Position numbers and translations under genes: made by a program | Notes under the pieces: generated by a model | Told to the model about the DNA's origin: nothing | Database searches by the model: none | The model's input: the letters and a program-made list of their open reading frames with translations, nothing else | Shown: positions 1 through 12,831 of the stretch, one piece after another | Position numbering within the stretch: the first letter of the stretch is position 1 | Layout of the letters: every line of letters begins with the position of its first letter | Assembly: GCA_023515725.1 (NCBI GenBank) | Contig: JALDTO010000074.1 | Span: 1,338 to 65,337 of the forward strand | Length of the DNA stretch: 64,000 bases | Reading direction: 5' to 3' | Source: Amoeboaphelidium protococcarum X5 | Taxonomy: Eukaryota > Fungi > Aphelidiomycota

Positions 1-316
1 AGCCATCAGCATTCACCATGTCCGGAGTGACTGGCATCACACCAGCTTTCTTATTAGTTCTCCACCAGATGCTCTTCTTCAGCTACAACTCATATCGGGA
101 GCCAAACGAAACACCAGAAGACGCGTCAGACTCGGTATCAAAATCGAATACATTCGCGTTATCACCCTTCTCTGGCATAAGCACGAACGGAGTCTCAAAG
201 AATTCGCCACCAACAGGATCAGCTAACCAGCGCTAATTCTTACGCGGCTGCACGAATTCTAGCTTCGAGGCGGCAGCCAGGTATAGAGAGCAGAGTGCAA
301 AGATAGAGTATTTCAT
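1..316 (-). CDS. Secreted protein of unknown function (3' end runs off the window start)
   Basis: ATG at 316. MKYSIFALCSLYLAAASKLEFVQPRKNQRW... has a signal-peptide-like N-terminus. The frame stays open to the window edge with two in-frame TAG read as Gln. Confidence 0.7.
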
Positions 317-682
317 ATCAGAGAGTAGATATAACGTCACTATTATAGGATGCCGGATGTATGATAATTCTACACGCTCGGAATCGGAGATAGAATCTGC
401 TAAATTTTCAACGCCACTTTATCCGAGGATGGTTTTGAGTTTAGGTTGCCCCTTGATCGCGCGATAATAAAGGGGCACATGGTTACGGCTGATTTTACTT
501 GAACGATATTGTGTATGAATGCACGCAGCAAGAACGGCTATAAATCGAGTCACAAAACTATTGTTCGAAATTTAAAAATGTGATTCTATGTGGGGGATAT
601 CAATGATGTAGAAAAATATGCAAGGCTATGACAATATTTACTAATTTCTCTAAACATTCAAAAATCACGAAAGAGCTCAGTA

Positions 683-1735
683 TCAAAACTGCGTGGGAGC
701 ACTGAAGCACCTGAAGGCCGGAGACGCGAACACCAAAGTATCGCCTCTGTATGTACCCAGCATGTACTCTTTAATCTCGTTCGGAGTTTAATCCTAAAAT
801 GATGCTCTGTACAGCGTAACTGGTCTTGTATCACCATACTTTTTATTTTTGCCACTCTCCTTCTGTAAGAGTTCAACTTTATAGTCTCCTGACGACTCGA
901 GTTCAGTTGCCTTGCCAGTGATGAGATTTATCAATTTAAATTCGAGATTTCGATCACTACTACCAATGTAGTGAACGAGCCGGAATTATATATTTGCGCA
1001 ATCTAGGCTCTAGCCTTCTTGAACCATAATATCCAAGGAATCAATATTGCCAATACTATCGCGCTTACTAGGTTCTATTGCCTAGAATTGACTTCTGTAC
1101 ACCATGAACGGCTCTGATTCTGCAATAACGAGCTGTCCAACGATACTTTGACGCGTCAACCGCAAAATATGCTCACCAGTTACAAGTCTAGCACGCCTTA
1201 TATCAAGTAATATACTGAATACAGTGCAACCATTAGCTCTATAATGAGGTACCTGCGGAGACATTATATACTTTTTACTCAGGTATGCATGCGACTTTAT
1301 TCTCGGTATACGGATGTCACTGTAGTCATGATGCAGAGCTATGGTCATAATTTCAGGCAATTTAGATGGATCCTTGACACAGAATTAGACTTGCATCAAC
1401 TGGTCATTACTGTGTGCCTTCCTATTGTGCGGAAATACAAATTTGATATTCTCATTCTTTCCATTATGACCGTGAGAGTGCAGCACCTTGAATAACTCAT
1501 TATTCTTCATACCCGCAACCTCTAGCTATTACTCTTCCAGCTTCTCCAACTAATCCTTATACTCATTGTCTTGATTTTTCTAATCTGTTGATTATTGCTA
1601 TTAGTATTGCAGCATCAGCTCTTGATTTGGATAATCCATTTCAATAGGCACAGCTACATCTAGTGCTTAATCAGCCCTTACCAAAGTAAACATACCCAAC
1701 ACGCGCAATGCTAGGATGAGTGCTCTTATAATCAT
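683..1735 (-). CDS. Secreted protein of unknown function, about 350 aa, possibly two beta-sandwich-like domains
   Basis: Open from ATG 1735 to TGA 683 (351 codons) with TAR=Gln. Hydrophobic N-terminus MIIRALILALRVLGMFTLVRA, then a Gln/acidic linker. Includes the track ORF 1082..1360. Confidence 0.75.
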
Positions 1736-2275
1736 TTTAATTTCTCTCCACACGCGTATAATAACGATTTTATAACGCGTTTAATAAAGATGAATGTGAA
1801 TAGAGGTGAAAAGGAGGTCAGATGCTTGGTTGCTTCCTTCAAGTGAGTGAGTTGTGTAATTATGGCGATGTGACCCCTGATTCTATATTATCCTGATCAT
1901 ATATTCTCTGATCAGCCACTCTTTAAATAGTTTCATTTATAAGTTCTCTTTAAGTTCTAGTAATAATCTACCGTAACTCAACTATAGGTATGAATGTTGA
2001 TAGAAAAGTTTTACGATGTGACTTGATTATAATTGATTTGAATATATGCATATTTGATCTAACATGGCAATGCTATCACACAACACTATGCTCACTAAAA
2101 GATTGCAACCTTCATAATTCCATTCTAGACTATATTTACAGACCAGTTTAGTGTTCTATAACAATATATGAGATATGTTTGACTTGGTGAACTATCTCCT
2201 CCGCCTTAACGTTCTTCTCGCGACTCTTCATTGGCTGATTTCTTTATAGATTAGATTTGTAGTAAGCAACAAAAT

Positions 2276-2934
2276 ATGCAGCGGTTTAGATCTATATTGA
2301 CGCGGTCATATTCCAAGGCCCCATTTAAATTGAATAAATAGCCACTAAGCTAACAAAATAAAATTTAGCCATCAGCGACGGAGAAGATTCTCTACTAATG
2401 CAAAACGCCAAAACACAGTTTATAAGGATTCGCCGTCAAGATATATGTAGTATCAGCACTTATGAGCAGGTATGTTCCTTTTTAAAAGATGCACGGTTGC
2501 ATTTTCACATGGAGTATTCATGTAGCGCTACATTGCTTTACGTCCTTCTTTCTGGACCTGACTAGACTGGTGATATGCGGCAGTTTGGACAGATGCTGCT
2601 ATACGTGGGACTATTTATATCAGTGGTGAGTTTGAGCAGCTTCGGCGCGTATTTCGCAGATAGCCGTAAAGTGACCCAAATGAAGAGACTCTCCAATGGT
2701 AATTTGCAAGTTGTGTTGGCTTATAAGACCAAGAAGCCTTTCGAGTTCCCTCAATCATAACTTGTAGTTACCACAAAGGATCCAAGTAGGATATTATTAC
2801 GTTACTTTATCGGTACTAGTATTATGGTAATGACGAGTTTATTGAGTGTAGAATCACGATATCTGTTCATGAAATGTCCTTAATAAAGACTGCGGTTCTA
2901 CGTTGACACCAAAGACAATGTGGTTGAATAGTGA
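2276..2934 (+). CDS. Putative mitochondrial two-TM membrane protein (TMEM223-like); intron 2470..2525
   Basis: Arg/Ser-rich presequence-like start MQRFRSILTRSYSK. A GTATGT...TGTAG intron restores the frame. Two hydrophobic segments. Ends at TGA 2932-2934. Confidence 0.55.
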
Positions 2935-3071
2935 CTAGCATTGATATATTAAAGAGTTTAGAATTTTAATAATACTAAATTTTAACTTGATACGATCTGA
3001 TCTCAACTCATCACGTTAATCTAACGAGAGGTTTGTTCTATTCCAATCACAGTTGAAGAAAACGCGTCAAA

Positions 3072-5105
3072 ATGAAAGTATCAGCACCGAATGATGTCAA
3101 GATCTATACTATCAGTAGCTCAAGCATCACAGCACTGCCTGACTGGCTGTAGAAGTAAAAGAAGAAGCAGCTGAGAAATGATGTGAATTTCTCCTAGAGA
3201 GTGGAATTGATTCAGGATTTTGATTTCCCAGAGGCCGCGCTGAGGTTGAAGTAGAGCAGAGATGGCGAGTACATTATGGCCACAGGACTTTATAAGCCGC
3301 AGATTCGCGTATTTGAGCTATCTTAAATGTCGATGAAATTCGAGCGACACACTGATGCAGAGAATGTGCAGTTTGAGATTCTATCTGAAGATTGGCGCAA
3401 GATGGCACTTCTGCAGGCTGATCGTACCATTGAATTTCACTCGCCAGCTGGTATGCACTTTCGCACGAGGATTCCAAAGTACGGGCGTGATATGGCATAT
3501 CACTATCAGTCTGCGGATTTGCTTGTTGCTGCATCTGGTCATGAAGTTTATCGCTTGAATCTTGAGAAGGGATAATTTTTGAATTCATTAGAAACCCAGT
3601 CTATCGGTGTTAATACGGTGATGGTGAATCGCGCTAATTAGCTCTGGTTCACTGGCGGTGAAGACGGATTTGTTGAAGTATTTGACCACAGAAGTAGATA
3701 ATCAATCTGCAGACGTGATATCGGATCGCTAGTAGCTGCAAGTTATGGAAGCAGCGTGTTCCCGGAAATTACTTACCTGAGTCATCATAATAATGGTCTT
3801 GATTTTGCAGTGGGTACCAAGTCTGGCCAGGTACTTACTTTTGATATCAGAAGTAGTAAGCCGCTCATTGTCAAAGATCATCAATATGAAACCCCAATTA
3901 AAAAGATTATCTACCACGATAGCGGAAATATCATCTCTGCCGACCAGAAGGTTGTCAAGATCTGGGACAGGTAGAGTGGTACGGCTGTCACATCCATTGA
4001 GGCAGAGGATGATATCAATGACCTATTGGTGTAGAACGGTCTGGTGATGACTGCGAACGAATGTCCACGTATGAATGTTTTCTTCATACCTTCAATCGGT
4101 CATGCTCCAAAGTGGTGCTCATTCTTGGACAATCTGACAGAAGAATTGGAGGAGACTAAGCAGCAGCAGGTGTGGGACGATTACAAATTTGTATCTCGCC
4201 AAGAGTTGGAACATCTCGGCCTGGATCATATGATTGGCACCAACCTGCTGAAGGCGTATATGCACGGCTTCTTTGTTGACTTGAGATTGTATGAGAAGGC
4301 ACGTGCTATAGCTAATCCTTTCGCGTATGATGACTATAAGCGTCGTCTCACTAAAGAGAAGTTGGAGGAGAAGAGTGCCAGTCGGATATCTGCCAAGAGG
4401 AAACTACCAAAAGTAAATAAGGAAATAGCATCCAGACTATTAAAGAAGAGCGGAGAAGATGGTGCAGATAATAATCCTCTTGGAGACTCCAGATTTGGTA
4501 GCATGTTCAATGATCCAGATTTCCAAGTTGATAAGCAGGATCCCGAGTATGTAAAGTACAACACGACTCCGAAGAAGAATGCTAATTACAATGGAGAAGA
4601 CAGTGATAATGAAACTGATATCAGTGGTGAGCTAGAGGGTGTAATGTCTGAAGAGGATGATGCATCTGATTTGGGTTATGAAGATTCTTCTACTGATGAC
4701 GACTAGGATCTTAACAAAAGCACTTAAAAATAGACCAATACCTCATAGAATGTAGCTACCGATAGAGGAGTCAATAATAAGGCTGGGAAGGTTAAGATGT
4801 ACTCTAACAAGACTGATCTAAAGGTGGATGATTTGTTAAGAGGGAAAGTTGACAGGTAGATCAAGATGCGTAGGAACATGTCATTTGGTGATCGCATACA
4901 ATCAGGTGGTAATAGCCATTAGAGTTACGCGCGTAATGGTTCAAATCAAAGACGTGGAGGAGCCATGGCGATGCAGTTTAATGTTGGCAAGTCGTCATAT
5001 TCTAGGGACCGCAATTCCTCCAATAATAGAGCTACTAACTCCGAGAGGCCAAATTCGGAGAGACGCGGTACTCGCAATCTTAACAGAGTTAACAAGCGCC
5101 GTTGA
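3072..5105 (+). CDS. ENP2: Nucleolar protein 10 / Enp2 (WD40 + NUC153), small-subunit ribosome biogenesis
   Basis: Motifs RVELIQDFDFPEAA, MATGLYKPQIRVFELSQMSMKFERH, APKWCSFLDNLTEELEE, AYMHGFF and DSRFGSMFNDPDFQVD. Single frame of 678 codons with TAR=Gln. Confidence 0.96.
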
Positions 5106-5343
5106 CCTGAATGAAAGTTGCATAAATACGATAGATCTCTATTTATTTTAATTTGCATTCTTACTATATTCTAAGCATCTCTTCAACTTCTAACAAGGGC
5201 AATGGAGTTAAGTCCAGTCTAATGTTGTTTCGCGTCTTGGTCTGTTCCGCCTTATGACCATTTCTCTCCTTCAATCTTCTTACAATGTGATCTTCTTTAG
5301 AGCTAATTGGGTAATCCAAGTGTGTTTGTATTTTGTGTATAAT

Positions 5344-8300
5344 ATGAACTTAATTTAGAAATTGTTGCTGTTTATTGTTATTATTAATAATTTATTACAA
5401 AGCTCTGTTAATTCATAGAGTGTATGTGCGGAAATATCATCCAATGTTGATGAGCGGTGTCAGCATGTTAGAGACTATTGTCAGGATGAACTGCCTGGTC
5501 AATTCGATTACTATGAATTAATTTATTGTCAACTACCATATGCACCTGGTCTCTCTGGATTTATTCTATTCGTTTGGTTACTACTTCTATTTGTATTCAT
5601 ATCCACTGCTGCATCCGAGTACTTTAGTCCCAATGTCGCAAGTATTACTGAAATTCTCCGCATATCTCCAGATGTGGCAGGTGTGACTCTGGTCGCGTTA
5701 GGAAATGCTTCCAATGACATTATGGGCAATTTGATTTCATTCAGTCGACCGGAGACTACTCAACTGGCTCTGGGTGGAATTGTCGGTGCTGGACTCTTTC
5801 TCAACTGTATCGTAGTGGGAACCATTGCGGTTATGGAGTAGAATCCTATCAAATTGGCGCGGAAGGCTGTGCTGCGGGATGAGAGTGCATACTTGATTGG
5901 TCTGATCTGCTTCACTGTTATGGTGTCATTGTAGATTATATACTGGTATGAAGGATTGATTTTGATTTTGTTTTATATTGTGTATGCAGTTATTATTGTG
6001 ATTACATCTAATAAGAAGCTTCGGTTACATATTTAAACACAGTCTATGCTGATGTTTGGTAAGATTAAAAATTTTTAGTTTATAAGATAGAGATAGAGGA
6101 GTAAGATTGAAGGTAGTGATGACCATGACCTCAATAGATTCTCCTCCTCATCAGCACTAGCCTCGAGGGCTAATTACTAGCAGTAGGGGATGGGAAATCC
6201 AGTAATAAAGATTGATAGTGTCGATAATCTGGAGTAGTATGACGATTAAGACGGTGATGGGTACCTATAGGAAGATGATTAATATGCTTCAGGAAATTAG
6301 AGTGAGGATATTGTGGAAATTCATTTGGAAGATTTGAGTTCTAAGCCATCGTCGCCAGTATATGAGGGATAGTATGAAGTATCGAATAGTGTCAGCAGGT
6401 CATTGAATCCACCTATGGAGAGACACTAGAGATCTCTTTCTAATCCGCAGTCGTTAGCTTAGATGTAAAGAGATTTTATTATTGATGAGAATCTTCTGGC
6501 GCCCGGCTCGGCTCTTACTTTGCCTTTGGGACGAACAGTGTCTGATGATCCTCATAGTAGGATCCATTCGCGAGTTTAGACTACTTTGAATCGTGCTCAT
6601 CTGCCCGTGGTATTGAGAGATTATTTGTCGGATGATGATGAAGATGATATTGCAATTGCTGCCAAGTACAGTCCGCCTAATCCATCTTCTCTATCTAGAC
6701 AATTGCAATCTGCATCGAAAGATCTCCATTTACATCCACCCTCCAGATATAGTTCTCCTGAATAGGCGGATTTGGAATAACTAAGTCACCAGTAGTCTGA
6801 GGATTTATCCGAAAATATTCTCAATTTGCGAATGTTTGAAAGCTTGAGTAGGAACAGAAGAAATTATAGTGTATCAACAGCAGTTGAGTTATGGAATGCT
6901 TATCGTCAAGTGCATGGTTAAATGTCGGCTCCATCTGATAGTGCATCACCGCCATAGATCGAGATTAACTAAGCTGATCCTGCCGTGTTCTCAATGGGAC
7001 TAACGAGGGAGGCAACTCCTGAGTTGGGTGTCCCCCGAATAATAGAAGATGATGGCAAGAAGTCTGCTTCTGGCTAATAAAGTCATTTATCACTCGGTAG
7101 GGAGCGATCTAAATCTGCATACTCTTAATAGTCATCGATTGGACATAGGTAGTTTAATATGGATCTGAGTCTGTATAGTAATCTTAAATTGAATGACTAT
7201 TGCTCTATTTGTGCCAAATTTACAGCTAACGGCGATACTGATAATCTATTTGATATTCTAAGTGGTGATTAGACTTCGGATGCTGCTGATAAGAAGGAAT
7301 AGATTTAGAGTAAGAAAGACTCTCCATAGTAGATTTAGTTTCAGATGGTTTATCATTTGTTTCCAATCATACCATTGTGGAAATTATACGGTCCGCTGAG
7401 TCGAACGCTGGCTGTACTCAATGTGGTGCCTAATATTGTATTTGGCCTCATTGTCCCTGTAGTTGCTTTAGTTGAAGACGATCCGGTGGAGAGTGTCATA
7501 TTATCTGTAGACAGGCCACTATCTAGGCGGTCCAACTCCATAAACAGGAATGGTGACTTTCACAAAGCCCTTGGAAGTGGAAGCAATAAATAATCTAGTC
7601 AAATTATGCCTCATCTGCGACGAAATGTGAGCACTTCAGGATAATCTTCAGAGACTGAAAAGTCTTTAGATCGACGAGATGTTGATGCTTATATTCACAT
7701 TGGTTCGCGGTATGATCCTCGCTATCTTCAAAGTGTCTGTGAGTATGGAAAGCTTGCCTGGATGCCATGGAAGCATCGATGGCTGTCTATTTTCCAAGTG
7801 TTTATCGCGCCGTTATTTGTTGCATTTGCATTAAACAGACATCGCGACACTCTATTTATTGTAGAATCCTACCAGGTCCAAGCATGGCTACTCTGTATTG
7901 TTATTGGAATTTTGTTGGCGTCCATCCTTACATGGTTGTCGAGAAGTGGATTCAGAATGGTGCGGGTGCCTCTTAAGCCATACGTGAATAAGATGTCTGT
8001 TTGTTCAGCAACATAATGTCATTATTGTAGACCATTGAGGAAGCGTACGATCAAGTAGAGAGTTAGCGATTGGTTCAATCCTCAACTGTTCCGATACCGA
8101 GAATACTACCCATATTTGGCATTTGTGGGGTTTGTATCAGGACTGATGTGGATCTACCTTCTTAGCGCCGAGATTGTATCCGTATTAAAGATTCTTGGTA
8201 AGCTGATGGGTGTTAGTGAAGGCATACTGGGTGTTACTGTGTTTGCATTTGGCAATTGTGTTGGCGACTTTGCAACTGATGTCATGATTGCGCGTTTATT

Positions 8301-8598
8301 CTATCCTTAAATGGCCATAGGAGCTGCTTGGGGATCACCGATTGTGAATGTATATATTACAGTTGGTCTCGCTGCTACAGTGGTTGCCAATGCATCGTGG
8401 CAGCGACCTCTTGAAGTCAGAATGTCGCCTGTTATATTGGCAAGTCTCGTCGGTCTCCTCGTGGTGGTCGTTTGTAACTTCTTGGTCCTTGGATGGCGTC
8501 TCAAGTTTCATCTCACAAAGCAGTACGGTTACTTTTTGATTATATGGTGGTGTCTAGTAGTGACTGTATGCGCCATTCTTGAAGGCCTGAATCTTTGA
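5344..8598 (+). CDS. Cation/Ca2+ exchanger of the CCX/NCLX (SLC8B1, Ecm27-like) family, about 1084 aa
   Basis: Cys-rich luminal N-terminus. Alpha-1 repeat AGVTLVALGNASNDIMG and alpha-2 repeat LGVTVFAFGNCVGDFATD. Multiple TM segments and a large cytosolic loop. Confidence 0.9.
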
Positions 8599-9103
8599 TT
8601 AGCTGTGAGTTAGATTGTGTGGATGACTGTGATGATTAGATCTAATTTATTGAAACTACAAGGTAAGGCGAGCCTTCAGCACGTGCGGAATCAAAGACCA
8701 ACAGTACAATGCTCTAATTGATATTACAATTTAGTGATTTACACATTGATTTAATAGCATAGATTAGTACATCTGTTACAATGATTGTTATAAAAGGTGT
8801 CTCAATAATCGTGATAATTTTGTAACTTTACTTAGTCACAATACCTCAAATCCTATCAACGTATGTTTCAAATACGCTTGACATGCGTTCAAAGCGATGA
8901 AATAACTAATGTCGCATTATTCTGCAGTGATTTCCATAGTAGACATTAAGGGATTACTCCACAATTACTAAAAGCAGTTACACGGAAAGTTGTATGAATG
9001 AAATAGAGCATGTAGAGTAAAAAATACTGTTGTACATAGTAAAAAATACTTGCATTCATTATGTAAAATATACTCTCAGTCCTATCTGTCCCTTTGATTT
9101 TAA

Positions 9104-9808
9104 TCACAACTCTTGAGCGTTGAAAATGCCATTGTACTTGGCATGTCCATCCATTCTCATAAACACGAATTGGCAAACCCTCGTACCAGGAACAAGTTAC
9201 AACGGATGCTACATATTATGCAACAATTTCCAATAAATTTACTTGTCTGAAGCAAATTAATCTTACATTACTAGCATTGTAAATTTCCAACACTTGCCGA
9301 TTATCAATGCCCGGATTCATGAAGCCAGCCGTAATGTGCACAAAGAGGCCGAGACGCGCAAATCTGCTTCGTCCCTCCAAGAGACCGCACAGGGAAGAGC
9401 TCAGCGTCACTCGTTCCTTTGTTATTCCCAGACACGCCTGCCCAGGTAGGAGAAGGTACGACTCGCCCTCCTCCAGAACAACTTTCTCTGTCAAATCCTT
9501 GAAATTAGTGTCTTCCAGCACTGGGACAACTTTCAGGCCAGCCTTGTAAAATCTAAACTCATTACTCAGAGTCAAGTCGATACTACAAACGCCTAATTTG
9601 ACCATATCCGATCAAATGAAAGTGATGAGAATGTTCTATTGGAGGATGGAATTCGGTACCTTGCACAACCAACCGCGGATGGATCGTAAGGGTGAATGAT
9701 GATATCTCTACAAACGACATATTTTTATTGGGTATAATAAAGTACCTTATCAATTTCTTACTTGCTTTCAATAGCTTTCAGTATGGCATCCTTAGCTAAT
9801 ACGGCCAT
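9104..9808 (-). CDS. dcd: dCTP deaminase (trimeric dUTPase fold), 171 aa; introns 9708..9761, 9583..9659, 9209..9266
   Basis: Spliced product MAVLAKDAILKAIESKDIIIHPYDPSAVGCASIDLTL...GLLEGRSRFARLGLFVHITAGFMNPG...VLEIYN...PGTRVCQFVF carries the Dcd motifs. Confidence 0.88.
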
Positions 9809-10176
9809 TTTTGTTTAGATGTATAGTTTCAAGTAGGAAAAGGCTCACTCAATCTCGCTCTCAGGCGATATAATAATAAAGAGAGTTGCACGTTGACGCG
9901 AGCGTGAGATGATTGAACCGTTCGCTTTGCGTTAAACACGCTTCAAATGCTTTAAAATTTTGATATAATCACGCGTCTGTCGGTAGATAGGAATGTTATA
10001 ATTTTGAAAGCAACCAAAGTTTTATGCAAATATAGACTATCGTCGGTAAAATGTGTGGACGAAATTCATCTTGATCGCTTTGATGACGTAAACGCGGGCC
10101 ATTTTCGTGACTATTGTTACTGACGATTTACTACTCTGTAAGTTGAAATAAAATAACTAAAATAGAAATATAAATA
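9809..10176. promoter_or_regulatory. Divergent promoter between dcd and RIB1 containing an ACGCGT (MCB-like) element
   Basis: 368-bp head-to-head spacer; ACGCGT at 9971-9976 and ACGCG cores near 9896 and 10092. Confidence 0.35.
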
Positions 10177-11175
10177 ATGGTAGACTCTACTAGCGACGTT
10201 ATATGTCAAGTGAAATGCAGGCTTCCATTACACGAATTACATTCACATTTCTTTAATCAGAACCAGGTGTTAAGAGAAGATTAGCGCGGTAATACATTAA
10301 CTGCTGACGCTTTTAAGATCTAAAATGATGCAGACTATGATGCTATTGATGATGCTGAGTGTGAAATGTACCTTTATTAATACCGAAATTCAAATGGCGG
10401 AATAGAGGAACACATTGCCGTGGTGTTCCCTCCGAACTAAATCCAGAGTAGATCACTTAATATTGTACATCAAGCGGATGAAAATGATTATCACCGCCGT
10501 GTTCGCGGCGCCACTTCGACAGTGAGTGTGAATACATTAAAATAATAGACTCGGTTCGATAATGTCCTCACGCGAATTCACTCGGCGTGTTTTACCGGAG
10601 AAGTACTCAATAGCTGCAGGTGTGATTGTGGGCACTAGCTACATGAAAGTCTTTGCCTTTTGTCATAAAAGGCCTAAACTCCTCGCATACTTCTGTATCT
10701 TAATCAGGAAGGTAGATCTATTGGATTGATGAACAAAATGAAAGCTTATAATTTATAGGATATGGGACATGACACGGTGGAGGCTAACTAGTTACTCGGT
10801 TTTCAGGATGATGAACGAGATTACCGTGTTGCCGCCTTAATCTACCAAGATTTAAATGTTACAAGTGTACGTTTGTTGACTAATAATAAACGTAAAGTTG
10901 ATGCGCTCATAAATTACGGCATTCAAGTGTCGGAAAGAGTACCATTTATAGTCTTGCCGTCTCCTGGTGAAGATGAAGTTCCGACCAAGATGTAGTTGGG
11001 TGGTGATAGACAGAATTAAAAGTCTCATAACTAAGTGGTTCGAGCGAGAAGACGGATGAAGTGGTCGATCGAACTCTAGAGTTATATCAAGACTAAAATT
11101 GAAAAACTTGGTCACTTGATCTAACCATTAATCATATCAACTTCAGACGAAAATGTAGATAATAATAATTTATGA
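10177..11175 (+). CDS. RIB1: GTP cyclohydrolase II (riboflavin biosynthesis)
   Basis: Zn-site motif [23 protein letters not shown], plus YLNQEGRSIGL, DTVEAN, RLLTNN and YIKTKIEKLGH. Confidence 0.93.
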
Positions 11176-11312
11176 TTGTTCACGTTAGTCTTGATGTTTT
11201 AAATCCACTCTTTCTAGTACTGTGGATCGTGGTCTATTGCTTGCTTTTTTTACGAACTTCAATAGAGCTGAAAATTGATCGAAGATTGCAGCAAAGTCTG
11301 TAGTGAATTCTA

Positions 11313-12134
11313 ATGAGTGATTTATCAGATAGTGAGTATTCTAGTAGCGATTCAATTTCAGAAATTCATAGTGATAGTGAAGGTAAAAGAAATGCTTATG
11401 AATAACTACAAGACATTCCGTTTGGAGATATCTTGCAGGTGAAGTAGAAGGCTGCGTAAATCGAAGGTGGCCATAATGACAATGATGATGATTATCAACC
11501 GGAATTTAATAAAAGAATAGACAATACAAATTCCGTGAATAATAAAAGAAAGCGAGCTAATAAAAATGCACCTATGGAAGTATCATCCAAGTATCCAGTG
11601 TCACGTAAACGGCAGGTGGTTGACGCGTCATTTCTACCAGATCACAAAGCTCGAGATCCGCGATTTGATGCCATTTCCACCGCAACCGTGGATGATAAAG
11701 ATAAACATCGCGAGGAGTTGTTCGCCCGGAGTTCATATTCATTTATCAAAGATTACCAGAAATCTGAGATGGACATGTTGATAAAGTAGATTAAAAAGGA
11801 GCGAAATCCTGAGGAGAAAGAGCGATTGAATAAAGTCTTGTCCAGACTGAAGTCGCGCCTGGTGGAGGCTGATCGTCGAGAACGCCAATAAACTCTGAAA
11901 CGAGAATGGAAGAAGAGTGAAGAGAATCGCGTTGGCGATGGTTAGAAGTAGAAGCAGTTCTATCTGAAGAAGTCTGATATCAAGAAGTTGGAGGTGATCG
12001 ACCAGTACAAATAGCTTAAAGCTAAAGGCAATTCCGATAAGATTGTCGATAGAATCATGGAGAAGAAGCGCAAGAAGAACATGTCGAAAGATAAAGCGAC
12101 AAACATTGGTGACTTTAAAAAGAGGTATCGGTGA
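11313..12134 (+). CDS. RRP36: rRNA biogenesis protein Rrp36
   Basis: Motifs KNAPMEVSSKYPVSRKR, RDPRFD, YSFIKDYQ, FYLKKSD and EKKRKK. Confidence 0.9.
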
Positions 12135-12406
12135 GTTACTGTATTGTCAATGATCGTGTCCTGAAAAGAATGATTTGATTACCATGCTGCGTTTAGGATA
12201 GCAAAATCCAAGATGCCTTTCAGAATGCACGAATAATTAGACCTGATATTGTAGAATTATTTTTCATTACGTAAACTTTCTTTCCGGGTAACTTGAACAA
12301 AATTTGTTTTCACGCGGCGCTCTGTTTGATCTGGAACCGCCGTCTTTTCAGTTTCTCTGTTGATATAAGATTGGTTCAATTCGTGCACAATTAGAATTAT
12401 AATACA

Positions 12407-12783
12407 ATGTCAACTAATCGCTCTGTGATATTATTGCTTTTACTTGGAGGAGTAGCTATTGCCACTAATCCGGATGAAAGATCATTCTAAAAGTATGTCG
12501 AAACTGATCTTAAGGAATAAGGAGCCACTTGGATCGAGCAGCAGGTGGTATCTAGAGCCTCATCATTGATTTACCGCAGAAAGGTAAGAAATTTTTTTTA
12601 ATAACTTGTTTATTAATATGCAGTTTAAGTTTTTTTCTAATCGAGATAATATTGTAGGATTTTAAATTCTTCAGTCTGGTCAAAGTTGATGCTGATGAGA
12701 TATACTACGTTGGTTGTTTCAGCCACTGGTTCGCTATTCCCTCTTGGGCTTTGATCAAAAGGATTATGGATGCATAAAGATGA
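12407..12783 (+). CDS. Small N-anchored protein, DUF4359-like, 100 aa; intron 12584..12657
   Basis: Hydrophobic N-terminus followed by TNPDERSF. C-terminal RKDFKFFSL...YVGCFSHW pattern. Phase-0 GTAAGA...TGTAG intron. Confidence 0.6.
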
Positions 12784-12831
12784 AATATTAAATTTGTATT
12801 TTTATAGACATACGGCGAAAATGAATTGTAT

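Noticed and set aside
8600-9000. Possible small minus-strand gene between the exchanger and dcd
   Set aside because: The frame from the ATG at about 8946 stops after about 36 codons, and I could not build a convincing spliced model or recognise a domain.
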